A stretch of DNA of 64,000 bases, taken from Candidatus Thiodiazotropha sp. Lineage in GTDB: Bacteria > Pseudomonadota > Gammaproteobacteria > Chromatiales > Chromatiaceae. Position numbers and translations under genes: made by a program. The notes beneath the pieces were generated by a model. The model was not told where the DNA came from. It was given only the letters and a program-made list of their open reading frames with translations, and made no database searches. Shown here one piece after another: positions 10,779 to 20,765 of this stretch. The stretch covers positions 44-64,043 of the forward strand of contig JARRNY010000033.1 of the NCBI GenBank assembly GCA_037384445.1. Direction: 5' to 3'. Position 1 is the stretch's first letter. Every line of letters begins with the position of its first letter.

Positions 10779-11640
10779 TTCCCCTTCGATCATCGATAAA
10801 CGTCAGGCCAGGCTCGCTTTCTCACGAGCCGCTCCCCACTACGATCAGGTGGCGGCGCTGCAACGGGAGATCGCCGGACGCATGCTCGATCGGCTGGCCT
10901 ACATCAAACTTCAGCCGGCTGTGGTGTTGGATGTGGGCGCCGGCACCGGTGACGCCAGCCATGCCCTGGCAAGGCTCTATACCGAAGCGCAGGTCATCGC
11001 TCTCGACTTCGCGCTGCCGATGCTGCAGCAGACAAGCCGACGGGAGAGTACCGGCGCGGCTCCCGCGTGTCTCTGTGGCGATGCCGAGCGATTGCCATTG
11101 GCGGACGCTTCGGTGGATATGATCTTCTCCAGCGCCACCCTGCAGTGGTGTAACGACCTGCAGGGCACCTTCCGGGAGTTTCTGCGGGTGCTGCGGCCCA
11201 ACGGTATGCTGCTCTTCTCCACCTTTGGTCCCGATACCCTGATGGAGCTGCGTGCCAGCTGGGCGGCAGTCGATGGCGGCAGTCATGTCAGTCCCTTCTG
11301 GGATATGCACAACATCGGTGATGCCATGCTGCAGGCAGGTCTGGCAGAGCCGGTGGTCGACGTCGACCGTCTGCAGGTGACCTACGATGATGTGTCGACA
11401 CTCATGCACGATCTGAAGACGCTGGGTGCCCACAACGTGACTCGCGACCGCCAACGGGGTCTGACCGGAAAAGGCCGACTTCAGGCGATGTACCGGGCAT
11501 ATGAGACGTTTCGTCGTGACGGGCGCCTGCCGGCCAGTTACGAAGTGGTTTACGGCCACGCCTGGGCACCGACCCAGCGCCAGGCGGACGGGGTGACGCA
11601 GATTCCACTGGAAGTGGTGAAGCAGCAGCTGCCGGGTTAA
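10768..11640 (+). CDS. bioC: Malonyl-ACP O-methyltransferase
   Basis: FSRAAPHYD, LDVGAGTG, FSTFGPDTLMEL; bio operon. Confidence 0.95.
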   Translation: MPPDSPSIIDKRQARLAFSRAAPHYDQVAALQREIAGRMLDRLAYIKLQPAVVLDVGAGTGDASHALARLYTEAQVIALDFALPMLQQTSRRESTGAAPACLCGDAERLPLADASVDMIFSSATLQWCNDLQGTFREFLRVLRPNGMLLFSTFGPDTLMELRASWAAVDGGSHVSPFWDMHNIGDAMLQAGLAEPVVDVDRLQVTYDDVSTLMHDLKTLGAHNVTRDRQRGLTGKGRLQAMYRAYETFRRDGRLPASYEVVYGHAWAPTQRQADGVTQIPLEVVKQQLPG

Positions 11641-11659
11641 GCCTCAAACAGTCAGAGAG

Positions 11660-12349
11660 ATGAGTAAAGGTCTATTTATCACTGGTACCGACACCGGCTG
11701 CGGCAAGACCGGTATCACCCTCGGCCTGATGCAGGCGCTGCAGCAGCGGGGCGCGCAGGTGCTGGGCATGAAGCCGGTCGCTTCCGGTGCCGAATCAACC
11801 AGCGAGGGCCTGCGCAACGAGGACGCCCTGAGTATCCAGCTCCAGGGCAGTTGCGAACTCCCCTACGACTGGATCAATCCCTTCGCCTATGAGCCACCCA
11901 TCGCTCCACATCTGGCAGCGGAATCTGCCGGGCGTCCCATCGATCTGTCGCTCATCGCAGAGGCTTATGAGCGTTTGGCCGCTATGGCAGACTGGGTCAT
12001 CGTGGAGGGTGTCGGCGGCTGGAGTGTGCCGCTGGACGCCGAGCGGGCTACGCTGGCGGATCTGGCGCTGAAACTCTCTCTTCCGGTGGTCATGGTGGTG
12101 GGTCTGCGCCTGGGTTGCATCAATCACGCCCTGCTGACGCAAGCGGCAATCCGGCAGAGTGGGGCCGAGCTGCTGGGTTGGGTTGCCAATCAGGTCGAAC
12201 CGAATATGGCCTCATTTGAAGGCAATCTCAGGACCTTGCGGGAGCGCTTGTCTGTGCCCTGTCTGGGCGTGGTGCCCTGGTTGAACGATCCGTCACCGGC
12301 CATGGTTTGCGGGCATCTTGAGGTCGGCACTCTGCTCGTTCCAGGATGA
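11660..12349 (+). CDS. bioD: Dethiobiotin synthase
   Basis: FITGTDTGCGKT, KPVASG, VEGVGG, LGCINHALLT. Confidence 0.97.
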   Translation: MSKGLFITGTDTGCGKTGITLGLMQALQQRGAQVLGMKPVASGAESTSEGLRNEDALSIQLQGSCELPYDWINPFAYEPPIAPHLAAESAGRPIDLSLIAEAYERLAAMADWVIVEGVGGWSVPLDAERATLADLALKLSLPVVMVVGLRLGCINHALLTQAAIRQSGAELLGWVANQVEPNMASFEGNLRTLRERLSVPCLGVVPWLNDPSPAMVCGHLEVGTLLVPG

Positions 12350-12385
12350 GTGGTGGGGCTTGGCACCAGTGGCTGAGAACGTTTC

Positions 12386-12570
12386 GGTGCGGCAAGCCGC
12401 ACCCTACATACTAGCCCTGTGCGAGGGCGCGTTCAGCATGGGTCAGTAACACTTTGTACTCTGCTAATAGCCCAGGAATTTTCAATAACCATAGCGCCTT
12501 AATCGTACTTCTAAGCGGCCGGGTGAAATATTCGGGCTAGCCTGATTCGTAGGGTGCGGCTTGCCGCACC
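12386..12570. repeat. Inverted pair of GTAG-type REP-like palindromes enclosing a MITE-end fragment
   Basis: GGTGCGGCAAGCCGCACCCTAC (12386-12407) is the exact reverse complement of GTAGGGTGCGGCTTGCCGCACC (12549-12570). Confidence 0.75.
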
Positions 12571-12620
12571 GGTTGTCCACTACTGTCTCCAAATCGATTC
12601 GCCACCTCTGCGTCAGGCAT

Positions 12621-12650
12621 AAAAAAAGCAGCCAGTGATGGCTGCTTTTT
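12621..12650. terminator. Bidirectional intrinsic terminator between bioD and rpoH
   Basis: A7-GCAGCCA-GTGA-TGGCTGC-T5. Confidence 0.85.
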
Positions 12651-12670
12651 GTGGGGATATGTGGGTGTCG

Positions 12671-13519
12671 TCAGGCCGCCAGTTGCGCCTTGAGCTTCTT
12701 CATGGCGCTCTTCTCGATCTGGCGGATACGCTCTGCAGAGACCTGATAACGGTCGGCCAGCTCATGCAGTGTCGATTTGTTCTCACCCAGCCAGCGGGCC
12801 TCAAGGATCTCGCGGCTGCGAGGGTCCAGGCCTTTGAGCGCATAGGTCAGACGTTGCTTCATCTGGCTTTCGCTGTCGTCGGCCTCCAACAACATGGAGG
12901 GTTCCATGCGCATGTCTTTGAGATAGCCGGCGGGGGTGGCAATCGGAGCATCTTCATCGTCGTGAAGTGGCCCGTCGAAGGCGATGTCCTGGCCGGAAAG
13001 GCGGCTCTCCATCTCCAACACGGTTTCGGGCTTTACCCCCAGATCTTGCGCCACACTCTCGACCTCTTTTTGCGAGAACCAGCCGAGGCGCTTTTTGGAG
13101 CTGCGCAGATTGAAGAAGAGTTTACGCTGGGACTTGGTCGTGGCCACTTTGACGATGCGCCAGTTCTTCAGGATATATTCGTGGATTTCCGCTTTGATCC
13201 AGTGCACGGCGAAGGAGACCAGGCGCACCCCCATGTCGGGGTCGAAGCGCTTAACGGCCTTCATCAGGCCCACGGTGCCTTCCTGTACCAGGTCGGGCAG
13301 GGCCAAGCCGTAGCCGCTGTAGTTGCGTGCGATACGTACAACAAAGCGGATATGGGATGTAATCAGTTTCTGAGCGGCTCGAAGATCCTTCTGGTCGCGC
13401 AAGCGTACTGCCAGTTGGTGTTCCTCTTCCGCGCTCAGCATCGGTAGTTGAAAGGCCGCGCTGATATAGGCGTCCATACTGCCGGTGGGTAGAGTGGCTA
13501 GTGCAAGTTCTTTACTCAT
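12671..13519 (-). CDS. rpoH: RNA polymerase sigma-32 factor
   Basis: [19 protein letters not shown] and RpoH box [17 protein letters not shown]; downstream of ftsYEX. Confidence 0.98.
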   Translation of the reverse strand: MSKELALATLPTGSMDAYISAAFQLPMLSAEEEHQLAVRLRDQKDLRAAQKLITSHIRFVVRIARNYSGYGLALPDLVQEGTVGLMKAVKRFDPDMGVRLVSFAVHWIKAEIHEYILKNWRIVKVATTKSQRKLFFNLRSSKKRLGWFSQKEVESVAQDLGVKPETVLEMESRLSGQDIAFDGPLHDDEDAPIATPAGYLKDMRMEPSMLLEADDSESQMKQRLTYALKGLDPRSREILEARWLGENKSTLHELADRYQVSAERIRQIEKSAMKKLKAQLAA

Positions 13520-13552
13520 CGATTAACCCCAATCGTGAATGCTGTGTGAATA

Positions 13553-13579
13553 TTAGCACTCTCGCTCGGTGAGTGCTAG
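13553..13579. promoter_or_regulatory. CIRCE (HrcA operator)
   Basis: TTAGCACTC-N9-GAGTGCTAG, one mismatch to TTAGCACTC-N9-GAGTGCTAA. Confidence 0.9.
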
Positions 13580-13587
13580 ACGCAGAT

Positions 13588-13614
13588 TCAGACTGAAAGA
13601 GTAGGAAAAAGTTC
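13588..13614 (-). promoter_or_regulatory. SigmaE (RpoE/AlgU)-type promoter of rpoH
   Basis: Minus strand GAACTT-N16-TCTGA, the canonical rpoH P3-type consensus. Confidence 0.85.
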
Positions 13615-13659
13615 CCGCGAAGCGAAGTGTAAAAAAACTTATATTATCAATAAGCTGGA

Positions 13660-14595
13660 TTAGCTGGGTTCAATTGCGCTGAGGTGTTTTCCGACCGCCA
13701 GCCAGGAACCTAGCAGGCCTAGCAGCGCGCTACCGCCGAGCAGGCTGAGGATGTTGAGCCAATTGAGTGAACTGAGGTCGAAGGCGCTCTCGTAGAGCGT
13801 GGCCAAATTGGCTACTGGCCCCTTCAGGAGGGTGACAGAGATGGCCACCAGGATCCAGGCGATGATGCCACCGAACAGGCCGTACCAAAAGCCGGTATAG
13901 AGAAAGGGACGGCGGATGAAGGCATTGGTGGCGCCAATCAGTTTGGTGATCTCGATCTCCGCCTGACGGTTCTGGATCTCCAGGCGGATGGTGTTGCCGA
14001 CGATCAACAGCACCGCCATGCCGAGCAGGGTGGCGAGTACCATGACCGCCCGCTGGGCGATGACGGTGATCGCCTGCAGGCGCTGGACCCATTGCAGATC
14101 GAGCTGAACGATATCCGCCTCCGGCAGCAGTTCCAGCTCCCGGACCAGTTTCTGCGCCGCTTCAGCGGTGGTGAACTCCTGCTTTGGCTGGATCACCAGC
14201 AAGGCAGGCAGAGGGTTGCTGTCGAGGGCTTCCAGTGCCTCGGCGAAACCGCTGCGATTACGGAACTCATTCAAGGCTGCACTTTTGGTCACAAGCTCAA
14301 CGCTCTCGATGCGTTGATGCAGGCGCAGCTTTTGCGCCAGGGCTCTGGCCTTTTCGTCGCTCACCGTCTGCTCGAGAAAGAGCGAAATGGTGGCGCCGGT
14401 ATCCCAGCCGCCACTGATCGTCTGCAAGTTGTTGAGGACGACGTGTAGCCCGATCGGCAGGGCCAGCGCGATGCCGATGACAGCGCAGGTCATGGCTGAA
14501 GAGAGGTGGTTGCGAAACAGGCGGCCGAGACTCGACAGGGCCACTTGGGCGTGGCGTTGCAACCAGATCTGCGGAGCTCTTAACAGCCGGTTCAT
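13660..14595 (-). CDS. ftsX: Cell division permease FtsX
   Basis: [40 protein letters not shown]. Confidence 0.97.
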   Translation of the reverse strand: MNRLLRAPQIWLQRHAQVALSSLGRLFRNHLSSAMTCAVIGIALALPIGLHVVLNNLQTISGGWDTGATISLFLEQTVSDEKARALAQKLRLHQRIESVELVTKSAALNEFRNRSGFAEALEALDSNPLPALLVIQPKQEFTTAEAAQKLVRELELLPEADIVQLDLQWVQRLQAITVIAQRAVMVLATLLGMAVLLIVGNTIRLEIQNRQAEIEITKLIGATNAFIRRPFLYTGFWYGLFGGIIAWILVAISVTLLKGPVANLATLYESAFDLSSLNWLNILSLLGGSALLGLLGSWLAVGKHLSAIEPS

Positions 14596-15269
14596 GCCTC
14601 GGCCTCCGCTTGGCTGTCGCGCGCCAGACTCCCCTTGCTGAGGGTGAGGATGCGCTTGTTCATGCGGGTGATCAGGTCGATGTCATGGGTGGCGATGAGC
14701 AGGGTCACTCCGACTTGGTTGAACTGGCTGAACAGCTCCATGATTTCCCGTGACAGCTCGGGGTCGAGATTGCCGGTCGGCTCATCGGCCAGCAGTAGCG
14801 GCGGCTTGCTGACCACTGCGCGGGCAATGCCGACTCGCTGCTGCTCACCGCCGGAGAGGGTCACCGGCGGCTCCTTCTCTTTATGCAACAGACCCACCTT
14901 GTCGAGGGCCGCGCGCACCCGGCGGCCGATCTCCTTGTGGCCGACGCCGGAGACCACCAGTGGCAGAGCCACGTTGTCGAAGACTGTGCGGTCGTGCAGC
15001 AGACGATGATCCTGGAAGATCATGCCGACCTCGCGCCGGTGGTAGGGGATCTTGCTGTTCTTCAGGCGGGTGAGGTTGCGGCCATTGACATGCACCTGGC
15101 CGGAATTGGAGCGTTCCAGCAGGCCGATCAGTTTCAACAGAGTGCTCTTGCCAGCGCCGGAATGGCCGGTAAGAAAGACCATCTCCTCGGCTTCGATGTG
15201 AAAGCTCACATTGCTCAGGCCGATGTGTCCACCAGGGTAACGTTTGCTGACGTTGTCGAAATTGATCAA
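14592..15269 (-). CDS. ftsE: Cell division ATP-binding protein FtsE
   Basis: [33 protein letters not shown]; between ftsY and ftsX. Confidence 0.97.
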   Translation of the reverse strand: MINFDNVSKRYPGGHIGLSNVSFHIEAEEMVFLTGHSGAGKSTLLKLIGLLERSNSGQVHVNGRNLTRLKNSKIPYHRREVGMIFQDHRLLHDRTVFDNVALPLVVSGVGHKEIGRRVRAALDKVGLLHKEKEPPVTLSGGEQQRVGIARAVVSKPPLLLADEPTGNLDPELSREIMELFSQFNQVGVTLLIATHDIDLITRMNKRILTLSKGSLARDSQAEAEA

Positions 15270-15295
15270 GGCTTTCTCTCGGTTAACGAATAGGC

Positions 15296-16285
15296 TCAGG
15301 TAGTGAACAGAGCGTCGACGAACTCTGTGGGGTTGAACTCGCGCAGATCCTCGATCGCTTCGCCGACGCCGATGAAACGGATCGGGATCTTGACCTTGTC
15401 GGCAATAGCGAAGACCACGCCGCCCTTGGCGGTGCCGTCGAGCTTGGTGACGACGATTCCTGTCAGCCCCACCGCCTGGTGGAACTGCACGGCCTGATTG
15501 ACCGCGTTCTGGCCGGTACCGGCGTCGACCACCAGCAATACCTCATGGGGCGCCTGGGGGTCGATCTTTCGCATGACACGGGCGATTTTGGACAGCTCTT
15601 CCATCAGGTTGGTTTTGGTGTGCAGACGACCTGCGGTATCCGCGATCAGCACGTTGACGCTGCGCGAGGTGGCGGCCTGCAGGGCGTCGAAACAGACAGA
15701 GGCGGAATCGGCTCCCGAATGCTGGGCGATCACTGGAACCTGGTTGCGCTCGCCCCAGGTCTGCAGCTGCTCCACTGCGGCGGCGCGAAAGGTGTCGCCG
15801 GCGGCCAGCATCACACTTTCGCCGTCGAGCTGGAACTTGCGAGCCAGTTTGCCGATAGTGGTGGTCTTGCCGGCACCATTGATGCCCACCATCATCACCA
15901 CCAGCGGTTTGTCGGTGGTGCGTTCGGGCAGGGGGGTATCGCTCTGTTGCAGGATCTCCAACAGCTGTTGCTTGAGTGCCTGGGTCAGGGCCTCCGGGTC
16001 ATCAAGCTCCTTGCGTTTCACCCGCTCGGTAAGATTGCGGATGATGCGTGAGGTTGCATCGACGCCGACATCAGCGGTCAGCAGCAGGGTCTCCAGCTCT
16101 TCGAGTAGATCTTCATCGATCTGCTTGCGCCCCAGTACCAGATTGGCCAGGCCGTCACTGAGGTTGTGGCGGGTCCGGGCCAGTCGCTCCTGCAGACGGG
16201 CGAAGAGGCCAGGTTTCTGCTCGCTCTCGGGTTGCGGGGTGGTCTCAGTCGTGGAGGGTGTCTTTTTCTTGCCAAATCCGAACAT
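15296..16285 (-). CDS. ftsY: SRP receptor FtsY (short N-terminal region)
   Basis: GINGAGKTTTIGKLA, DTFRAAA, DTAGRL, TKLDGTAKGG. Confidence 0.98.
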   Translation of the reverse strand: MFGFGKKKTPSTTETTPQPESEQKPGLFARLQERLARTRHNLSDGLANLVLGRKQIDEDLLEELETLLLTADVGVDATSRIIRNLTERVKRKELDDPEALTQALKQQLLEILQQSDTPLPERTTDKPLVVMMVGINGAGKTTTIGKLARKFQLDGESVMLAAGDTFRAAAVEQLQTWGERNQVPVIAQHSGADSASVCFDALQAATSRSVNVLIADTAGRLHTKTNLMEELSKIARVMRKIDPQAPHEVLLVVDAGTGQNAVNQAVQFHQAVGLTGIVVTKLDGTAKGGVVFAIADKVKIPIRFIGVGEAIEDLREFNPTEFVDALFTT

Positions 16286-16567
16286 GCAGTGGATTACCGT
16301 GGTGGTTCAGGAACTCTGCACAATCGGCAGGCTCTTAAGAGTGTGCTCAGCTCGACCGGCTATCATCACCGGCCCGATGCTGGCGGGTATTCTACAGGCG
16401 GGCGCTGCCCAAGAGAAAGGCCTGACCCGGATTGGCGTGTTCCCAGGTCCCATGCGCGGGTTTTCGCCATTTGTTTTTGCTACAGGATCAAGTACCTTCC
16501 CCCCAGGCGCAAGCTGGTGAAGGTGGGATGGTCACCGACTCAACGAATAGCTAAGGAAAAAATAGAG

Positions 16568-17929
16568 ATGCGAAGTTTGATCACGAGCGTGATGTTGGCA
16601 TTGCTGGCTCTCGGCCAGGTAGAGGCCGGGGTAGTGGAGCACCGGTTGGATAATGGCATGAAGGTGATCGTGAAGCAGGATACGCGAGCGCCCATCGTGG
16701 TTTCGCAGGTCTGGTACAAGGTCGGTTCCAGCTATGAATATGGCGGTATCACCGGCGTCTCACACGTGCTTGAGCACATGATGTTCAAAGGCACGGAAAA
16801 CCTTGAGCCTGGTGAGTTCTCCCGCATCATCGCTGCCAACGGCGGCGAAGAGAACGCCTTCACCGGACGTGATTACACTGCTTACTTTCAGACTCTCTCG
16901 AATGATCGGCTGGAGGTTTCCTTTAAGCTGGAGGCTGACCGCATGCGCCATCTCAGCCTGCTGCCTGAGGAGTTTCTTAAAGAGGTGGAGGTAGTCAAAG
17001 AGGAGCGTCGCATGCGCACGGAGGACAAGCCTACCTCCCTGACTTATGAGCAGTTCCTCACTGGCGCCTACGAGGCCTCGCCCTACCGCATTCCGGTGAT
17101 CGGTTGGATGGCAGACCTCGATGCACTGCAGGTGGAAGATCTGCAGCATTGGTACCGCAAATGGTACGCGCCGAACAACGCCACCCTGGTGGTGGTGGGT
17201 GATGTGGACCCCCAACAGGTGATTGCACTGGCGGAAAAACATTTCGGTCCTTTGAAATCCGAGCCGATCGGTGAGCTCAAACCCCGCACCGAGCCTGAGC
17301 AACGGGGGATGAAGCGTTTCACCGTGAGAGCGCCGGCGCGACAACCCTACCTGATTCTCGGTTTCAAGACGCCGGTGGTAGGTACAGCCGATGAACCCTG
17401 GGAACCCTATGCCCTGGAGATGCTGGCCTACGTGCTCGACGGTGGTGACAGTGCACGCTTGACCAATAATCTGATCCGGGGCAGCCAATTGGCGGTCTCC
17501 GCCGATGCCAGCTACAGCGCTTTTTCCCGCCTCTCCAGTCTGTTTACGTTGGATGCGATACCGACACCCGATACCCCCATCGAGAAGGTCGAAGAGGCAC
17601 TGCTGCAGGAGATCGAACGCTTCAAGCAGGAACCGGTCAGCGAACAGGAGATGGAGCGGGTGCGCAATCAGATCATCGCTGCCAAGGTCTTCGAGAAGGA
17701 TTCGGTCTTCTATCAAGCCATGCTGATTGGTCAGCTGGAGACCATTGGTCTCGACTGGCGCCTCGCCGACGACTATGTGGAGAACCTGAAACAGGTGACT
17801 CCGGAGCAGATACAGCAGGTGGCCAAGAAGTATCTGGTGCAGCGCAATCTCAGCGTGGCGGTATTGGACCCGCTGCCGATGGAACAGAAGCTCACGCACC
17901 AGGTGGCAGGAGGTCGTCATGGTGGTTAA
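16568..17929 (+). CDS. M16 family zinc protease, catalytic subunit
   Basis: Signal peptide; HVLEHMMF (HxxEH); ENAFT; start placed at ATG 16568. Confidence 0.92.
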   Translation: MRSLITSVMLALLALGQVEAGVVEHRLDNGMKVIVKQDTRAPIVVSQVWYKVGSSYEYGGITGVSHVLEHMMFKGTENLEPGEFSRIIAANGGEENAFTGRDYTAYFQTLSNDRLEVSFKLEADRMRHLSLLPEEFLKEVEVVKEERRMRTEDKPTSLTYEQFLTGAYEASPYRIPVIGWMADLDALQVEDLQHWYRKWYAPNNATLVVVGDVDPQQVIALAEKHFGPLKSEPIGELKPRTEPEQRGMKRFTVRAPARQPYLILGFKTPVVGTADEPWEPYALEMLAYVLDGGDSARLTNNLIRGSQLAVSADASYSAFSRLSSLFTLDAIPTPDTPIEKVEEALLQEIERFKQEPVSEQEMERVRNQIIAAKVFEKDSVFYQAMLIGQLETIGLDWRLADDYVENLKQVTPEQIQQVAKKYLVQRNLSVAVLDPLPMEQKLTHQVAGGRHGG

Positions 17930-19265
17930 GCAGTGGTTATCAGGGCTGAGCCTGTTGGCGGCGTTCTGCTTTGCCTCAGTGGCAGTCGCAGGACCGAAGA
18001 TCCAGAGTTGGCACACCGCCAACGGAACCAAGGTGCTCTATGTGCCGGCGCCGGAGTTGCCGATGGTCGATATCCGCCTGGTCTTCGATGCCGGCAGCGC
18101 CCGGGACGGGGATAGGCCGGGGGTCACCTCATTCACCAACAGTTTATTGACTGAAGGGGCGGGCGACTGGGACGCCCAGCAGATCGCTGAGCGTTTCGAT
18201 CAGGTCGGTGCTCAGCTGGAGTCGGGTAGCCTGCGCGACATGGCCTGGGTCTCGGTGCGAACGTTGACCAAACCCGATGCACTGGAGACGACTCTTGAGA
18301 CGCTGGCCAAGATTGTCGCCGAGCCCCGCTTTGAGCCGAAGGAGATCGAACGCCAGCGCCAGTCGATCCTGGCCAGCCTGCTGTCGGACGAACAGTCACC
18401 CGGCAGTGTGGGCAAGAAACGCCTCTATCAGCTGGTGTTTGGCGATCACCCTTACGCCGGCGATCCGGAAGGTACCCGCGAATCGGTGCAGTCGATCACT
18501 CGCGAGGATCTCCAGGCCACCCATCGTCGGCTCTATGTAGCGAAAAACGCGATACTGGCTATCGTCGGCGAGGTTGACAGAAAACAGGCCGAAGCGATTG
18601 CTGAGCGGCTGACCGCACCGCTGCCGGCCGGTGAGCATGCGCCAAAGCTGCCGGCGGTCGAGCCGCTGGCACATGCGGTGGTGGAACGTATCGCCTTCCC
18701 CTCGACCCAGTCTCACCTCTATCTGGGTCAGCCCGGCATGCGCCGAGGTGATCCCGACTACTTTCCGCTCTATGTGGGCAATCACATCCTGGGTGGCAGC
18801 GGACTGGTGTCGTTGCTTAGTGCAGAGGTGCGGGAAAAACGCGGGCTGAGTTACAGTGTCTACAGTTACTTTCTGCCGATGCGCCAGCCCGGCCTTTTCC
18901 AGCTGGGTCTGCAGACTAAGAATGAGCAAGCCGGGGAAGCGCTGCAGGTGATGCAGCAGACCCTGCAGCGCTATATCAAAGAGGGGCCGACCGCGGATGA
19001 GTTAAAGGCAGCCAAGCAGAATATTACCGGCGGCTTTCCTCTGCGTATCGATTCCAACAGCAATATTCTTCAGTATCTGGCTGTTATCGGCTTCTATGAC
19101 CTGCCTCTCGATTACCTTGACCGCTTCACCCAAAGGGTGGAGGCGGTGACCCGGGAACAGATTCGCGATGCCTTCAGTCGCCGTATCGATCCGCAACATT
19201 TGGTGACGGTACAGGTGGGGCGTCTCGATGAGTCTTTGCTGCCGGTTGTTGGAGAGAAGAATTGA
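17919..19265 (+). CDS. M16 family peptidase, non-catalytic partner subunit
   Basis: M16 features (FDAGSARD, EVREKRGLSYSV) without HxxEH; overlaps the preceding gene. Confidence 0.9.
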   Translation: MVVKQWLSGLSLLAAFCFASVAVAGPKIQSWHTANGTKVLYVPAPELPMVDIRLVFDAGSARDGDRPGVTSFTNSLLTEGAGDWDAQQIAERFDQVGAQLESGSLRDMAWVSVRTLTKPDALETTLETLAKIVAEPRFEPKEIERQRQSILASLLSDEQSPGSVGKKRLYQLVFGDHPYAGDPEGTRESVQSITREDLQATHRRLYVAKNAILAIVGEVDRKQAEAIAERLTAPLPAGEHAPKLPAVEPLAHAVVERIAFPSTQSHLYLGQPGMRRGDPDYFPLYVGNHILGGSGLVSLLSAEVREKRGLSYSVYSYFLPMRQPGLFQLGLQTKNEQAGEALQVMQQTLQRYIKEGPTADELKAAKQNITGGFPLRIDSNSNILQYLAVIGFYDLPLDYLDRFTQRVEAVTREQIRDAFSRRIDPQHLVTVQVGRLDESLLPVVGEKN

Positions 19266-19334
19266 CGCTTTCAGCTGCTGGGCTATTCTCAATGTTTTGC
19301 TAGCTGTGAACAAAGCAGCGTAGAGGTTGATCGA

Positions 19335-19907
19335 ATGAAAGCAACCCCTCCCGAGTCGGTGGTCAGGATCATCGGCGGAGAACATCGCGGTCGAAAGCTG
19401 CCCTTTGTGGAGATGCCCGGACTGCGACCCACCGGCGATAGGATTCGGGAGACCTTGTTCAACTGGCTGCAGCCGGTGATCGAGGGGGCACGATGCCTGG
19501 ATCTGTTTGCCGGTAGCGGCGCGCTGGGTATGGAGGCGGCCTCCCGTGGCGCCGGTGAAGTGGTGATGGTAGAGCAGGCCGGGTCAGTGGTCAGGCAGTT
19601 GGAGAAAAACCGGGAGTTGCTGGGACTGCCCCAGGTGTCGACCCTGCGCGCAGATGCGCTGCAGTTTCTCGAGGGGGTACCGACTCCCTTCGATATCGTG
19701 TTTCTCGATCCGCCGTTTGACAACGATCTGCTGGCGGCAATCTGCCAGCGCCTGACCATGGGCTGGCTGACCGATGGTGCACGCATCTATCTGGAAGAGG
19801 ATATCTCGCGTCCATTTCCTCCGTTGCCCGAGGATTGGCAATGGCTGAAACAGAAGACCGCCGGTCGTGTCCGCTATGGACTGGCCCATGCACAGCTGCC
19901 AGGATGA
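19335..19907 (+). CDS. rsmD: 16S rRNA m2G966 methyltransferase
   Basis: RIIGGEHRGRKL, LRPTGDRIRETLFNWL, DLFAGSGALG, FLDPPF. Confidence 0.96.
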   Translation: MKATPPESVVRIIGGEHRGRKLPFVEMPGLRPTGDRIRETLFNWLQPVIEGARCLDLFAGSGALGMEAASRGAGEVVMVEQAGSVVRQLEKNRELLGLPQVSTLRADALQFLEGVPTPFDIVFLDPPFDNDLLAAICQRLTMGWLTDGARIYLEEDISRPFPPLPEDWQWLKQKTAGRVRYGLAHAQLPG

Positions 19908-19962
19908 GAGAGTCGGATATGGCTGACGCTTAACATTTGTCATTCAATACGCTGATTTTTGA

Positions 19963-20475
<513 letters not shown>

Positions 20476-20489
20476 AATTTTAAAACTAG

Positions 20490-20765
<276 letters not shown>

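Noticed and set aside
16166-16567. 134-aa N-terminal extension of the M16 peptidase in the ORF track
   Set aside because: It overlaps ftsY and its promoter region; the signal peptide and RBS point to ATG 16568.
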